Position numbers and translations under genes: made by a program
The notes under the pieces: model-generated
The model's input: only the letters and a program-made list of their open reading frames with translations
Told to the model about the DNA's origin: nothing
The model's database searches: none
Origin: an uncultured Candidatus Saccharibacteria bacterium
GTDB taxonomy: Bacteria > Patescibacteriota > Minisyncoccia > Phycocordibacterales > UBA918
Assembly: GCA_964611205.1 (NCBI GenBank)
Contig: CAZSZB010000003.1
Location: 23,764-87,763 of the forward strand
DNA: 64,000 nucleotides
Reading direction: 5' to 3'
Shown here: positions 1 to 10,387 of the stretch, piece after piece
Position numbering within the stretch: position 1 is the first letter of the stretch
Layout: the number at the start of each line of letters is the position of its first letter

Positions 1-1451
1 CGACTGGTGCCTTCTTACTCTTAGCACGTTTCGTTATCTTGATAATGTATATGATTTTTTCGCCGGTAATGTTTCTCGGTTGGATACTGCCAAAATTTGC
101 TCAGTATTCTACCAAGTGGTGGACAGGTTTTCTTTCTCAAGCTTTCTTAGCTCCCGCTTATCTCTTTATGCTCTATATATCCTATATTGCAATAGAGCGC
201 TTTCGTATCAACCAGAGGGTAGGTGATAGTCTAGGTGAGGTCCTACAAGAAACCTCCAAGATGGATATTGATACTTTTTATGTTGTTTTAGTCTTCGCTT
301 TTGCTGCTGCTATGCTCATCGCTTCGTTATTGGTAGCTAAACAAATGGGAGCGGTAGGTGCTGGCTCAACAATAAAATTTATGGATGGTATTCAAAAGAA
401 TATTCGGGGTAATATGCAGAGTGCTGTTGGCCGCAGAACAGTTGGGTGGGTAGGTAATAAACTAGCCGAGAGAACAAAACAAAATGAAGGTACCGCAGCG
501 GGTCGGGCCAGGAATAAATGGATGAGCAGAGCAACTTTAGGAACCTTCGATACTCAAGCTAGAATCAAAGCCGGTGATAAGATGGCTGGCAGCACTTTTG
601 GTGGCTCACGATCCTACAGTTCACAGCAGAAGTGGGCGGGAGAGAGACAGGCTTTAGAGGCTAGCGGTGCACAAAGTAATACTTTAAAAGCCGCAGTTAA
701 AAATTACAATGAGCACAAAAACAGTGACGATGCTCAAAAAGCAGCTAAAGCAACAGCGGAACTAGAGAGGGTCTTAAGAGAAACTCATCCAACTACTATA
801 ACTAATACCTTAAAAAATGATGGGGACGGTGCTACTCTTATTAGCTCAATAGCTGGAGAATTAACAGACTCCCAACTCAAAGCCATTAATGACGATAAAG
901 AAATAGATGTTGGTACTAAATCAACTATAGATTCTAACCGATCAACTCAAACCATTGAAAGGTTAGGAAGAATGTATAGTGAGAACAAGAGTCCGACAGC
1001 CAACCTGCAAAATACCATACACAAAGCAGCCGCATCGGAATTAGGAGCCATCGGATTAGAGGAAGTTATAAAGCATGCTGAATATTTATCTGCCAAACAA
1101 ATCGAAGACTGGAAAGATTTAACACCATCGGAAAAAGCTAACTTAAAACAAGCTCGGGAAGCACAATTAAAAGAAACCCTTGCTACACCCGCTGGTGCTG
1201 AAACAATATACAATCGCTTTAAAAGCGATATTGAGAGATCAAAACTACCTAAAGATATCTTGTTAAGTGGTGCCTCTAGTTTATATCTTAACAAAAATGT
1301 TCTAACTCATATTATAGACAACCCGGGAATGACAGGAGATGATAGGGCTAAAATAAAAGAGTTAATTAAAATGCGTTACCCGAGTGACACTCCAGAAGGT
1401 AAGGAGTGGAACGAGTGGTTTAACAAAAATAGTGCTGGACAAAGATTCTAA
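1..1451 (+). CDS. T4SS VirB6/TrbL-like membrane protein, C-terminal part (5' end cut by window edge; frame open to position 3)
   Basis: Hydrophobic N-terminal segment continues upstream with no stop, followed by a long hydrophilic K/A/E/Q-rich tail. It sits in a VirB3/VirB4 neighbourhood. Assignment is by architecture and context only. Confidence 0.35.
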   Translation, partial: TGAFLLLARFVILIMYMIFSPVMFLGWILPKFAQYSTKWWTGFLSQAFLAPAYLFMLYISYIAIERFRINQRVGDSLGEVLQETSKMDIDTFYVVLVFAFAAAMLIASLLVAKQMGAVGAGSTIKFMDGIQKNIRGNMQSAVGRRTVGWVGNKLAERTKQNEGTAAGRARNKWMSRATLGTFDTQARIKAGDKMAGSTFGGSRSYSSQQKWAGERQALEASGAQSNTLKAAVKNYNEHKNSDDAQKAAKATAELERVLRETHPTTITNTLKNDGDGATLISSIAGELTDSQLKAINDDKEIDVGTKSTIDSNRSTQTIERLGRMYSENKSPTANLQNTIHKAAASELGAIGLEEVIKHAEYLSAKQIEDWKDLTPSEKANLKQAREAQLKETLATPAGAETIYNRFKSDIERSKLPKDILLSGASSLYLNKNVLTHIIDNPGMTGDDRAKIKELIKMRYPSDTPEGKEWNEWFNKNSAGQRF

Positions 1452-1453
1452 AT

Positions 1454-2137
1454 ATGGAAATAAATGAACAAAACAGAATAGAAATTTACCGTCAGTCACC
1501 AACCAAGATACGAGAACTCTACACGAGTAGTCGGCCGGGAGAAATCATAACCAAGCTGGGCAATACTTTCGCGATGAATTTTTCTGAAAAATTAGCCATT
1601 GAAATAATCGGTGACTGTATTCTTGGTTTTTATAAAACCACCGACTTACCACGCTTGTTTCAAGAAAAGTTATTAGTCGGGGCTGATCAGGCCCATCGTA
1701 TGACTGCAGAATTTATAGAATTTCTAACACCCGTGATAGAGAGGGAGCAAGCACTGAACAATGCTAGTAAGGCAGAAGTGAAACAATTAGCTGATGATTT
1801 TTCTACCAAAACAGAACGAGAAGTTGTGACTAACGAGTCTGATGATATTACCCCAGTGACACCACTGCGAACTATGCAGGGCGATATCGATCGTATTCAT
1901 GGCTATGGTGCCTACCGAACACAAAACCCTCTATCAGCCAGTCCTGACAACGATGAACCCATCATACAGGCTAGACCGCAAGAAGACCTATTAAATAGAA
2001 ACCCCAAACCAGTAACAGACATGCCCAAATATGATGAAGACATTATCTCATCGGAAGAAGACTCTAGTCCTGCCAAACCGACAAACGAAATACCGACTAG
2101 TACAAAAATACCAATCAGACCAGTAAGCGAAGAATAA
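1454..2137 (+). CDS. hypothetical protein with acidic, Pro-rich C-terminus
   Basis: 227-aa ORF tightly packed after the upstream gene. No recognisable motif. Confidence 0.4.
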   Translation: MEINEQNRIEIYRQSPTKIRELYTSSRPGEIITKLGNTFAMNFSEKLAIEIIGDCILGFYKTTDLPRLFQEKLLVGADQAHRMTAEFIEFLTPVIEREQALNNASKAEVKQLADDFSTKTEREVVTNESDDITPVTPLRTMQGDIDRIHGYGAYRTQNPLSASPDNDEPIIQARPQEDLLNRNPKPVTDMPKYDEDIISSEEDSSPAKPTNEIPTSTKIPIRPVSEE

Positions 2138-2147
2138 GAACAAACTC

Positions 2148-2178
2148 AAAACCTAGGACATCGTAAGTCCTAGGTTTT
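2148..2178. terminator. hairpin plus T-run (aaaacctaggac..gtcctaggtttt)
   Basis: Perfect inverted repeat followed by T-run after the 1454..2137 ORF. Confidence 0.5.
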
Positions 2179-2241
2179 GGTAGAACGTGTTTATCCCTTA
2201 TCAGTCTTAAGGTTATTAGTAATCTCTTATATAATGAAGTT

Positions 2242-2649
2242 ATGCGTTTTGAAGTACCACAATTTATTGAAATAGAGGATAAGATTTTCGGGCCTTTTAC
2301 TTGGCGACAATTTGTCTACTTAGCAGGTGGTGTCGGGTTAGCCGCTGTTATCTTTTTAATAACTCCTTTATTTGTTTTTATTATTATCGGCATACCAATT
2401 GGAGGATTGGGTTTGGCTCTGGCTTTTTATCCAGTCAATAATCAACCTTTTTCAGTTTTTTTAGAATCTATTTTTAGATTTTATAGAAGTGGCCAAACAT
2501 ATCATTGGCGCAGCAAAAGAGACACTGTCTATCGCGATAAAGCTCCCGCCCTGGCTAGTAAGGCCATTTATACAACACCTGATCCTGATAATAATCTACA
2601 TTCTATATCTAAAAAATTAGAGTTGGAGGCCTTACAAAAGGATATCTAA
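2242..2649 (+). CDS. PrgI-family / VirB3-like small membrane protein (Tn916 Orf17-like)
   Basis: 135 aa. An N-terminal FGPFTWRQF motif is followed by two hydrophobic helices and a basic C-terminus, matching PrgI-family architecture. It lies directly upstream of VirB4. Confidence 0.55.
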   Translation: MRFEVPQFIEIEDKIFGPFTWRQFVYLAGGVGLAAVIFLITPLFVFIIIGIPIGGLGLALAFYPVNNQPFSVFLESIFRFYRSGQTYHWRSKRDTVYRDKAPALASKAIYTTPDPDNNLHSISKKLELEALQKDI

Positions 2650-2749
2650 ATATCGATATTGTCACATAACGACTTACTCAGGCGCATGGAAGACGGGTGT
2701 AGATAATTGTGAGACAATATAAACAACTAGGTGGTAATTTTGTTTAAGA

Positions 2750-3382
2750 ATGAAAACTCAAACTCAAAAAACAACTCAGAATTTTGTGCCCATAAGGGAT
2801 GTTAAGGATAATGTAGTAATCCTAAAAGATGGCCGTATGAACGGGGTTCTTTTGGCTTCTTCTATCAACTTTGCTTTGAAATCAGGTGACGAGCAAGCAG
2901 CTATTCTTTCTCATTTTCAGTCTTTTCTCAACACTATAGATTTTTCTGTCCAATTTTATGTCCAGTCAAGAAGACTTGATATACGACCTTATATGGAAAA
3001 ACTGGAGAAGAGAATTCCCGAGCAGCACAATGATTTAATGCGTATCCAGTTACGTGAATACATGGGTTTTATCCAGGCTTTCACTGACGAGGTAGAGGTG
3101 ATGACTAAAAACTTTTTTGTGGTAGTGCCTTATACTCCTACCGAAATAAACCTTAAAGCTAATCTGGGTTCAATTTTAGGAGGGAAGAAAGAGCTCCAGA
3201 TAGATAGTCATAAATTTCAAGAACACCGCACTCAGTTGGAACAACGTATGACTTTGGTAGAACAGGGGTTAAATAGAATAGGTGTAAAGACAGTGGCTCT
3301 AAAAAACGAAGAGTTGGTAGAACTCTATTATCATATTTTTAACCCTGGTGATAACATACCAACAGCACCTAAATATAAATAA
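2750..3382 (+). CDS. VirB4/TrsE N-terminal domain encoded as a separate ORF
   Basis: Segments FVPIRDVKDNVVILKDGR..INFALKSGDEQ..ILSHFQSFLNT resemble the CagE/TrbE/VirB4 N-terminal region. The ORF ends at TAA two bases before the VirB4 ATPase ORF, which is in another frame. Confidence 0.55.
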   Translation: MKTQTQKTTQNFVPIRDVKDNVVILKDGRMNGVLLASSINFALKSGDEQAAILSHFQSFLNTIDFSVQFYVQSRRLDIRPYMEKLEKRIPEQHNDLMRIQLREYMGFIQAFTDEVEVMTKNFFVVVPYTPTEINLKANLGSILGGKKELQIDSHKFQEHRTQLEQRMTLVEQGLNRIGVKTVALKNEELVELYYHIFNPGDNIPTAPKYK

Positions 3383-3384
3383 TT

Positions 3385-5223
3385 ATGGGTATATTAGATA
3401 ACTTAAGAAAGCAAGCCATAAATAAATTAGGCGGGACTAGCGAGAAGGAGAGCAACGAGTCAGATTTTACTCTACCGGACAATGCCTTAATGACCCTTGA
3501 GGATGTAATAGCTCCCTCTGGTGTAGAAGTCACACCCCGTAATATAAACATCAACGGTACTTACGCTCGAACTCTTTTTACCGTTTCTTATCCTCGTTAT
3601 CTTCACGAAGGCTGGTTAGAGCCAATTCTTAACTTAGAGAAAGAACTAGATATATCTATTATTATTCACCCGATTAATACGGCGGATACCCTAAAGAAGT
3701 TTCAGAAAAAAGTAGCTGAGGTAGAGAGTCAGATAAATATGCGCTCTGATAAAGGTATGGTTCGTGACCCTCAACTCGAGGCTGCCTTTCGCAACCTTGA
3801 AGATTTACGTGACAAGCTCCAACAGGCCGAAGAAAAATTATTTGATGTTGGTCTTTATATCACTATCTATGGTGATAATGAAAAGATGCTTGATAAAACA
3901 GAAAGTGAACTTAGAGGGATTCTAGATTCTCGTTTGATTTATCTTAAACCTGCTCTCTTCCAACAAGAGCAGGGGATTCGTAGCGTGCTGCCATTTTGTA
4001 ATGATGAATTAATGATTCATAACAAATTTAATTCATCACCTTTGTCTAGTTTTTTCCCCTTTACTTCTTTTGACCTTACCTCTGACACTGGTATTCTCTA
4101 CGGAATTAACCGTCACAACTCTAGCTTGGTGTTATTTGATCGTTTCCAATTAACCAACTACAACTCAGTAACCTTTGCCACCTCTGGAGCTGGTAAATCA
4201 TACGCCACAAAATTAGAAATCCTTCGGTCTTTAATGTTTGATACCGAAGTAATAGTGATAGATCCGGAAAGAGAGTACGAGTACCTAGCCGAAGCAACTG
4301 GTGGTCGGTTTTTTGATATTTCACTTTCCTCAGACCATAATATCAATCCTTTTGATTTACCTGTTCCGCAACCAGACGAGGACCCTGAAGATGTTTTACG
4401 CTCACATATTATAGAAACGATTGGTTTGTTCAGACTGATGCTGGGCGGCCTATCTGCTGAGGAGGAAACCTTAGTCGACCAAGCCATTCGTGAAACTTAT
4501 GCGCTAAAGGACATTAGTGGTAACGCTGATTACAGCGAATTAGAGCCGCCTTTATTATCTGATTTTGAAATGGTGCTAGCCGGTATGGAAGGTAGCTCTT
4601 CTCTAATTTCTAGGTTACAGAAATATACTTCTGGAACTTGGTCTGGTTTTATGAATCGCCCAACCAACGTCGACATCAACCAACGTTTTGTGGTCTTTTC
4701 CTTGCGTGATATGGAAGACGAACTAAAAACTATTGCGATGTACATCATCACGCACCATATCTGGGGAATGATCCGTCGCCGCTTACAAAAAAGATTGTTG
4801 GTGATAGACGAAGCTTGGTGGATGATGAAAAGTGAGGATACCGCTTCCTTCCTCTTTATGCTCGCTAAACGTGGACGAAAATATTACCTAGGATTAGCTA
4901 CCATCACTCAAGACGTTGATGACTTTTTACGCTCACCTTATGGAGAACCCATGATTACAAACTCCAGTCTTCAGTTTTTAATGAAACAGTCACCGACTGC
5001 TATAGATAATATTCAAAATACTTTCCAATTAACCGACGAAGAGAAGTTCTTACTTTTAGAATCAGCAGTGGGTGAGGGAATATTTTTTGCTGGACTAAAA
5101 CACGTGGCTATTAAGGTGATTGCTTCTTATACAGAAGACCAAATTATTACCTCAGACCCTTCTCAGATTCTACAAATTCAGAAAGCTCGAGCTGAACTCA
5201 AGCAAATACAACCAGATAAATAA
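3385..5223 (+). CDS. virB4: T4SS ATPase VirB4/TrsE family (ATPase portion)
   Basis: Walker A motif ATSGAGKSYAT, a VIDPEREYEY segment and an LLVIDEAWWMM Walker B-like motif. 612 aa. Confidence 0.85.
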   Translation: MGILDNLRKQAINKLGGTSEKESNESDFTLPDNALMTLEDVIAPSGVEVTPRNININGTYARTLFTVSYPRYLHEGWLEPILNLEKELDISIIIHPINTADTLKKFQKKVAEVESQINMRSDKGMVRDPQLEAAFRNLEDLRDKLQQAEEKLFDVGLYITIYGDNEKMLDKTESELRGILDSRLIYLKPALFQQEQGIRSVLPFCNDELMIHNKFNSSPLSSFFPFTSFDLTSDTGILYGINRHNSSLVLFDRFQLTNYNSVTFATSGAGKSYATKLEILRSLMFDTEVIVIDPEREYEYLAEATGGRFFDISLSSDHNINPFDLPVPQPDEDPEDVLRSHIIETIGLFRLMLGGLSAEEETLVDQAIRETYALKDISGNADYSELEPPLLSDFEMVLAGMEGSSSLISRLQKYTSGTWSGFMNRPTNVDINQRFVVFSLRDMEDELKTIAMYIITHHIWGMIRRRLQKRLLVIDEAWWMMKSEDTASFLFMLAKRGRKYYLGLATITQDVDDFLRSPYGEPMITNSSLQFLMKQSPTAIDNIQNTFQLTDEEKFLLLESAVGEGIFFAGLKHVAIKVIASYTEDQIITSDPSQILQIQKARAELKQIQPDK

Positions 5224-5225
5224 AT

Positions 5226-5975
5226 ATGGCTTCAGCAAAGAAAGTAGTCGGAGAGGGAGTGGAAAGTGTCAGTAGTCCACGTCACAACCAAAACAGCTAC
5301 AAGCCTTTTGGTGACCCAGATCAATATGCCGAAGATTACACAGCCGAACAATTAAAAAAAAGACGTCAGCGAGTTCAAAAAGGTAATCCCCAGCAGGGTG
5401 CGGATGCTAACGATCAACAGTCTTCAAAATACTTAAATCATCCTATACCATTTGCAAAAGACAGTGTTTCTCTCATTAGTGATGTAGCCCTAAAAATTAA
5501 GGCTACCAGAACCAGTATGGCTATCGGGGCTCCAACTTTCACCTGGTACCTGATGGTGCAATTACCTTTATTCGTTGCCTCTATGGTTTTTTTACTACTT
5601 GCTGCTTCTATGGAAGCTGTTTCTGCCACTGCCGATTCTTCAGTTATACTCAAAGCACTCACAGCCCCTTTAGCCGGGGCAAACTATGTACTGTCATTGG
5701 TTGGTATTGATATTTCTAAACTCAGTTATGATGCTCTGTTAGGAGCAGGAGCTGGTCTTAGTATGCTTAATGCCGGACTGGCTTTGGTATTTATGTTTGC
5801 GGCCGCTATTATGTACTCACTTTCTGGAGTACATTGGTTATTCGGTAAACACTCAGCTTTAAAAATTGGCTTTTTCTTATTGGCTATAATTGGTTATTTT
5901 TCTGGTATATTCCAATTTATTCCGTGGATTTTTGGCTGGATTTTTGTGGTTTCATTATACCCGGGCGATAATTAA
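5226..5975 (+). CDS. polytopic membrane protein of T4SS-like cluster
   Basis: Multiple hydrophobic helices and translational coupling to virB4. Confidence 0.5.
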   Translation: MASAKKVVGEGVESVSSPRHNQNSYKPFGDPDQYAEDYTAEQLKKRRQRVQKGNPQQGADANDQQSSKYLNHPIPFAKDSVSLISDVALKIKATRTSMAIGAPTFTWYLMVQLPLFVASMVFLLLAASMEAVSATADSSVILKALTAPLAGANYVLSLVGIDISKLSYDALLGAGAGLSMLNAGLALVFMFAAAIMYSLSGVHWLFGKHSALKIGFFLLAIIGYFSGIFQFIPWIFGWIFVVSLYPGDN

Positions 5976-6044
5976 GTCCTCTATTTAGTTTGGTTTTAAA
6001 CATTTTTTAAACAGAATGTAACACCTTCGTGTTAATCTAAAGCT

Positions 6045-7007
6045 ATGAAGAAATTATTTGCTCTTACATTTTTTTGGTTCTTTTTATTACCTTTTAGCAG
6101 TCTCCAAGCTCAAGGAGTTGCTATTGATCAAAATTTTTCTATTAAAACAAGCCCCGCAATACCAGAACCAAACTCCGAGGTCACTGTTGAGCTGGATGCT
6201 TATGCCTACGACACGGTAGGAGCAACTATAAATTGGTTTATAGATGGTCAAGAAAATACTAACGTCAAAAACCAATACAACTTTAAGCTAAATACCAAAG
6301 CGATTGGGCAGGCGACTGAAATAAAAGTTGTTGCGACAATGCCATCAGGAAAAACCTTAACGAAAACTATCTTACTGAAACCAGCTCGAGTAGATGTGGT
6401 TATTGAAGCAAATACTTTAGTGCCATCTTTTTATCAAGGACGAGCTTTGCCGACTATTGGCAGTACAATTAGGGTAATAGCTACTCCTTACACAGGCGAA
6501 AGTACCGCTGCTAAAGATTTCACCTATGCTTGGAAACACGACAATCAGGTACTTTTTGGTGGTCCTGTTAAAGGCAAGCAAGTAGCAGAAATAGAAGTAG
6601 GACAAGGTTTAGAACAGATTATTACTGTTGATGTTATAAACAAAAATGGAGTTACAGTCGCTAGAAAATCAGTTGTTCTACCTCTTCACAAACCAGAAGT
6701 TGTTTTTTATGAAGAAAATCCGTTACGAGGAGCTTCTCAAATAGCCATCAATAATAGTTACTATCTAACCAGTGACGAAGTAACACTACGAGCAGAACCA
6801 TATTATATGGACAAAAATATTTTTTCTAGTCAACCGTTAATCGAATGGACACTTAATAACAGGAAAATATCTAATCAGAGCCAAGATCCCCAATATCTAA
6901 CTTTGCAGAAAAAAACCGATGCTGGGGCTGTTAAGTTACGATTCCACATCCGTAATCTCAATCAATTATTGCAAGGAGTTAAAGGTGATCTGAGTATAAG
7001 TTTTTAA
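6045..7007 (+). CDS. secreted protein with N-terminal signal peptide
   Basis: MKKLFALTFFWFFLLPFSSLQAQG signal-like N-terminus, with beta-rich repeats downstream. Confidence 0.5.
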   Translation: MKKLFALTFFWFFLLPFSSLQAQGVAIDQNFSIKTSPAIPEPNSEVTVELDAYAYDTVGATINWFIDGQENTNVKNQYNFKLNTKAIGQATEIKVVATMPSGKTLTKTILLKPARVDVVIEANTLVPSFYQGRALPTIGSTIRVIATPYTGESTAAKDFTYAWKHDNQVLFGGPVKGKQVAEIEVGQGLEQIITVDVINKNGVTVARKSVVLPLHKPEVVFYEENPLRGASQIAINNSYYLTSDEVTLRAEPYYMDKNIFSSQPLIEWTLNNRKISNQSQDPQYLTLQKKTDAGAVKLRFHIRNLNQLLQGVKGDLSISF

Positions 7008-7054
7008 GATTATAAGTTAGCTGTATACAAGACAGTTAATAGGTAAGTCGTCCA

Positions 7055-8242
7055 TTGTATAATGGGATGGTGAAAAGAACGATAATCATAACGATTGGTG
7101 CAATCACCATATTACTTATATTCACCGTTTGGTTATATTTGCTATTTTTTGGTGCCCCTGATGAAACTAATGATATTTTTACCAATCTTGGTTTTGCACC
7201 AGCTATGCAGGAAACTATTCCTGAAATGGTCCCTATTGAAGTAAAGACAGAACATACGGTAAATGTCGCTGAGGGCTTGCAACAGCTCACCACCAAGGCC
7301 GTAGCCGGTTTCATAGCTATCAAAGCTAGCACTTCCACTCCAACCATTGTCCGTTACGTAGAACAGGGAACTGGTTATATTTTCGACATAGATTTAAATA
7401 CCGGTGAAGAAAAGGTGATTAGTCAAAATACTTTTCCTAAAGTCAGACAAGCAGTATTTTCACCCGATGGACAAGCGGTTGCTTTAACAGCTGTTACTGG
7501 TTATGAAAGAAATACTTTTGTCGGCTTAATTGATACTGTTAATAACAAAATAACTGGTGAAAATATAATTCCTAATGCAAATAATATTCATTTACCTAAT
7601 AATCACAGTGTTAAATACACGGTGGAGTCTGAAGATAACCTGCTTGGCTACACCTACGATTTTGTAGCTGGAAAGTTACGACAAGAATTTGTAGTTCCTT
7701 TCCTGGCTGTTAAAGTGCTCTGGCAAGAGGACAATGAAACCTATCTATACAATAAACCGACCGCTGAGTTACCAGGCTACCTATACAAAATAAAAGCCGG
7801 GAGTTATGAAGCAACTGATATTCATGGCTACAGTCTAACTGTTGAAAATAACAGTCAATTTCTAGGCTATAGTTATCAACAAAATGGTTCTTACCAAACT
7901 AAGTTTAAAAGCATTAGCAGTGGTACAGAGTATGATTCACCGATTGTTTTGGTACCAGAAAAATGTGCTTTTTATAATAAAACTAACCTAACCCAGATGT
8001 GGTGCGCTAACCCAATCATCCCAACCAGTTTCGATATCACCAAATGGTATCAGGGCAAAATATCAACTTCAGATTATTTGTGGCAGGTATCAGTCCAGCA
8101 AAATCAAGCTGTCCTACTTAGTGATTTAGAGGCAGTTAGTGGTAGACCGATTGATGTGAAAGATCTTATGATTACGGGTGATGACACTCTCTTACTTTTC
8201 TCTAATAAACTTGATAATACTTTATGGAAATTCGACATCTAG
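7055..8242 (+). CDS. N-terminally membrane-anchored exported protein
   Basis: Single N-terminal TM helix followed by a large hydrophilic domain. Confidence 0.45.
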   Translation: MYNGMVKRTIIITIGAITILLIFTVWLYLLFFGAPDETNDIFTNLGFAPAMQETIPEMVPIEVKTEHTVNVAEGLQQLTTKAVAGFIAIKASTSTPTIVRYVEQGTGYIFDIDLNTGEEKVISQNTFPKVRQAVFSPDGQAVALTAVTGYERNTFVGLIDTVNNKITGENIIPNANNIHLPNNHSVKYTVESEDNLLGYTYDFVAGKLRQEFVVPFLAVKVLWQEDNETYLYNKPTAELPGYLYKIKAGSYEATDIHGYSLTVENNSQFLGYSYQQNGSYQTKFKSISSGTEYDSPIVLVPEKCAFYNKTNLTQMWCANPIIPTSFDITKWYQGKISTSDYLWQVSVQQNQAVLLSDLEAVSGRPIDVKDLMITGDDTLLLFSNKLDNTLWKFDI

Positions 8243-9171
8243 ATAAGCATTTTATATTAAGCTCAGTACTTTTAACTCTGACTCTTTTGGCGATTATTTT
8301 TCCTTTACCAACCTTGGCAATAACCTACACTCCGCTGGTAGAAGGCATGCCTACTGTGGAAAGTTCAGATATATCAGGCTATATAAACGCCCTTTACACA
8401 TTAGCTATTAGCTTAGCAGCTCTCCTAGCGGTAGTAAAAATCATTCTCGCTGGTATGAAGTACATACTCTCTGATGTTGTCCCGAGCAAAAGCGACGCTA
8501 AAAAAGATATCTGGGGAGCTGTTATCGGATTATTAATTGTACTCTCTGCTGTTCTTATCCTTAACACCATCAACCCCAACCTAACTGATTTTAATATCTT
8601 CAAAGAAGCTATTTATACCGAAAGAGAATACTCCGGTGATTTGGGGGAATATTGTGATACTTACTCTCGAAGTAAAGAGTGCCAAGAAAAAGATTACTAT
8701 GGAGCAGCAGGAATTAGGGGAAATGACTCCTTAGGTAACCCGGTCTTGTACGATTATCAATCGCTATCCGCTACTAGAGTTCATCAGTTCATTGAAAGCT
8801 GCGGTTCCGGAAAAATTGTTACTAGTGTAGATGGTTCGATGACATGTAGAGGAGGTGACCAGGCTACACTAGGGAGTGTTGTAAATACCGAAGAGGCTCT
8901 CGAATTAATACCGCCAAGCTTAGCGGATAATGAAAAACAAATTTTAACAGAGCAATTTAGGGAATATGTGGCACCTTATGAGCCAAAAGATGTAGATATT
9001 AATTTAATTAAAGAACAGACTGGTGCTAACAACGTCCTTTTTGTTGTCCAACAAGACCTTCTCCAGACCCGTTCTAATGCTGGTGCTGAATCACAACAGG
9101 AAGCATATTGCTCAGCTATTGGTGGAGAAATAGTACAAGGAGGATCGTATTACAGAGCTTGTGTAAATTAA
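8224..9171 (+). CDS. pilin-like protein (VirB2/TrbC-type two-helix hairpin) with Cys-rich C-terminal domain
   Basis: Long leader, then two hydrophobic helices separated by a basic loop (SKSDAKKD), then a C-terminal domain with at least 6 Cys. Confidence 0.35.
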   Translation: MEIRHLDKHFILSSVLLTLTLLAIIFPLPTLAITYTPLVEGMPTVESSDISGYINALYTLAISLAALLAVVKIILAGMKYILSDVVPSKSDAKKDIWGAVIGLLIVLSAVLILNTINPNLTDFNIFKEAIYTEREYSGDLGEYCDTYSRSKECQEKDYYGAAGIRGNDSLGNPVLYDYQSLSATRVHQFIESCGSGKIVTSVDGSMTCRGGDQATLGSVVNTEEALELIPPSLADNEKQILTEQFREYVAPYEPKDVDINLIKEQTGANNVLFVVQQDLLQTRSNAGAESQQEAYCSAIGGEIVQGGSYYRACVN

Positions 9172-9899
9172 TTATTACGATGCCTTCGCACTACGAATTC
9201 TTGAGCGATGGCCATGAGGTTACTGACTGTGAAGTACAGAGCAATTGAAGCTGAAATAGTATAAGCCACTACAAAGATTATGGCTGGCATAACATAGCGC
9301 ATTTGCACGTGCATACTACGAGCGAAGTCTCCTTTAAGATCTGGTTTTTCACCCTCTTTCTTTGGCTCTGGTTTAGGAAGAGATATCTTAGCGTGAATAA
9401 ACTGAGTAATACCAGCTAGGGCTGCTAACGGGAGACTCTTAGCAGCAATATCTATAAAACCAAGGAAGAACATTGAGACTGTTTCGGGAGCAGTAACAAA
9501 AGAGTAAAGAATCTCGATATTAATATCTGGTAACGGAAATCCACCACCCCGAGAAACAGATAGGTAGAGGGCTATAATAACTGGTATCTGAATAAAAAGC
9601 TGAAGGATACTGGCAAACGGATTAACGTTATTCGTACGATAAAGCTCTAACATCGCCTTAGATTGTTCTTGTTTGTCCTTAATCCTGTCCTTAATTTCTT
9701 TGAGTTTTGGTTCTAGCTCACGCATAACCATTTGTGTTTTTGTCGCCTTAATAGAAAGCGGCAACAAAATTAGCTTTACCAAAATAGTTATCAAAATGAT
9801 AGAAAGACCAACATCTCCCCCTGGCACTACATCAATGAAAAAAACTAAACCATTATAAATCGGATCAAAGAAGACGTTGTGCCAGATGGAATTAAACAT
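9168..9899 (-). CDS. yidC: membrane protein insertase YidC (short form)
   Basis: YidC/Oxa1 hydrophobic core plus a charged coiled region (KLKEIKDRIKDKQEQ). Conserved rpmH-rnpA-yidC synteny. Confidence 0.85.
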   Translation of the reverse strand: MFNSIWHNVFFDPIYNGLVFFIDVVPGGDVGLSIILITILVKLILLPLSIKATKTQMVMRELEPKLKEIKDRIKDKQEQSKAMLELYRTNNVNPFASILQLFIQIPVIIALYLSVSRGGGFPLPDINIEILYSFVTAPETVSMFFLGFIDIAAKSLPLAALAGITQFIHAKISLPKPEPKKEGEKPDLKGDFARSMHVQMRYVMPAIIFVVAYTISASIALYFTVSNLMAIAQEFVVRRHRNN

Positions 9900-9983
9900 A
9901 TAAATTAGCTAAGTATTAAACGTCAGTTATTGTAGCTTGAAACAACGACAAAGTTAAGTTTATTTTATGTTCTGGTCATGGTT

Positions 9984-10307
9984 TTATTTTATATTACCAA
10001 GAACTGTCACTAGATCATTATTGATTTCTTTTTTTGTTAAATTTTTAGCCGCTGGTTTAACTAGCACCAAATAAACACCAGTTAGTGAGTGTTCCTTTTG
10101 AAAATTAAATAACTGACTATAGAGTCTACGGCGCAATAGATTACGTTTAACAGCTTGCTTGTAGACTTTCTTACCAACCACAACAGCCGCTTTAAAGTCA
10201 GCTTGTGGAGTATAGATTATTTGTATAGCAGGGGAGTGAAAACGTTTACCTTTTTTAAAGAAGTAATCAAATTCTGAGGTAGTAAGTCTTTGCTTTTTTC
10301 TAAACAT
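9984..10307 (-). CDS. rnpA: RNase P protein component
   Basis: MFRKKQRLTTSEFDYFFKKGKRFHS..VVVGKKVYKQAVKRNLLRRRL matches the RnpA signature. The start is trimmed to the internal Met. Confidence 0.8.
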   Translation of the reverse strand: MFRKKQRLTTSEFDYFFKKGKRFHSPAIQIIYTPQADFKAAVVVGKKVYKQAVKRNLLRRRLYSQLFNFQKEHSLTGVYLVLVKPAAKNLTKKEINNDLVTVLGNIK

Positions 10308-10387
10308 TTTTATTAGTTTAAGTTTAAACGGAGTAAAAGAAAAGAGCAACGACACCTTCTAAGTGTCGTTGCTCTTTTCTTAACCGA

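Noticed and set aside
947-1294. 115-aa minus-strand ORF inside the VirB6-like gene
   Set aside because: It is antisense to a longer, translationally coupled ORF and has no supporting signal.
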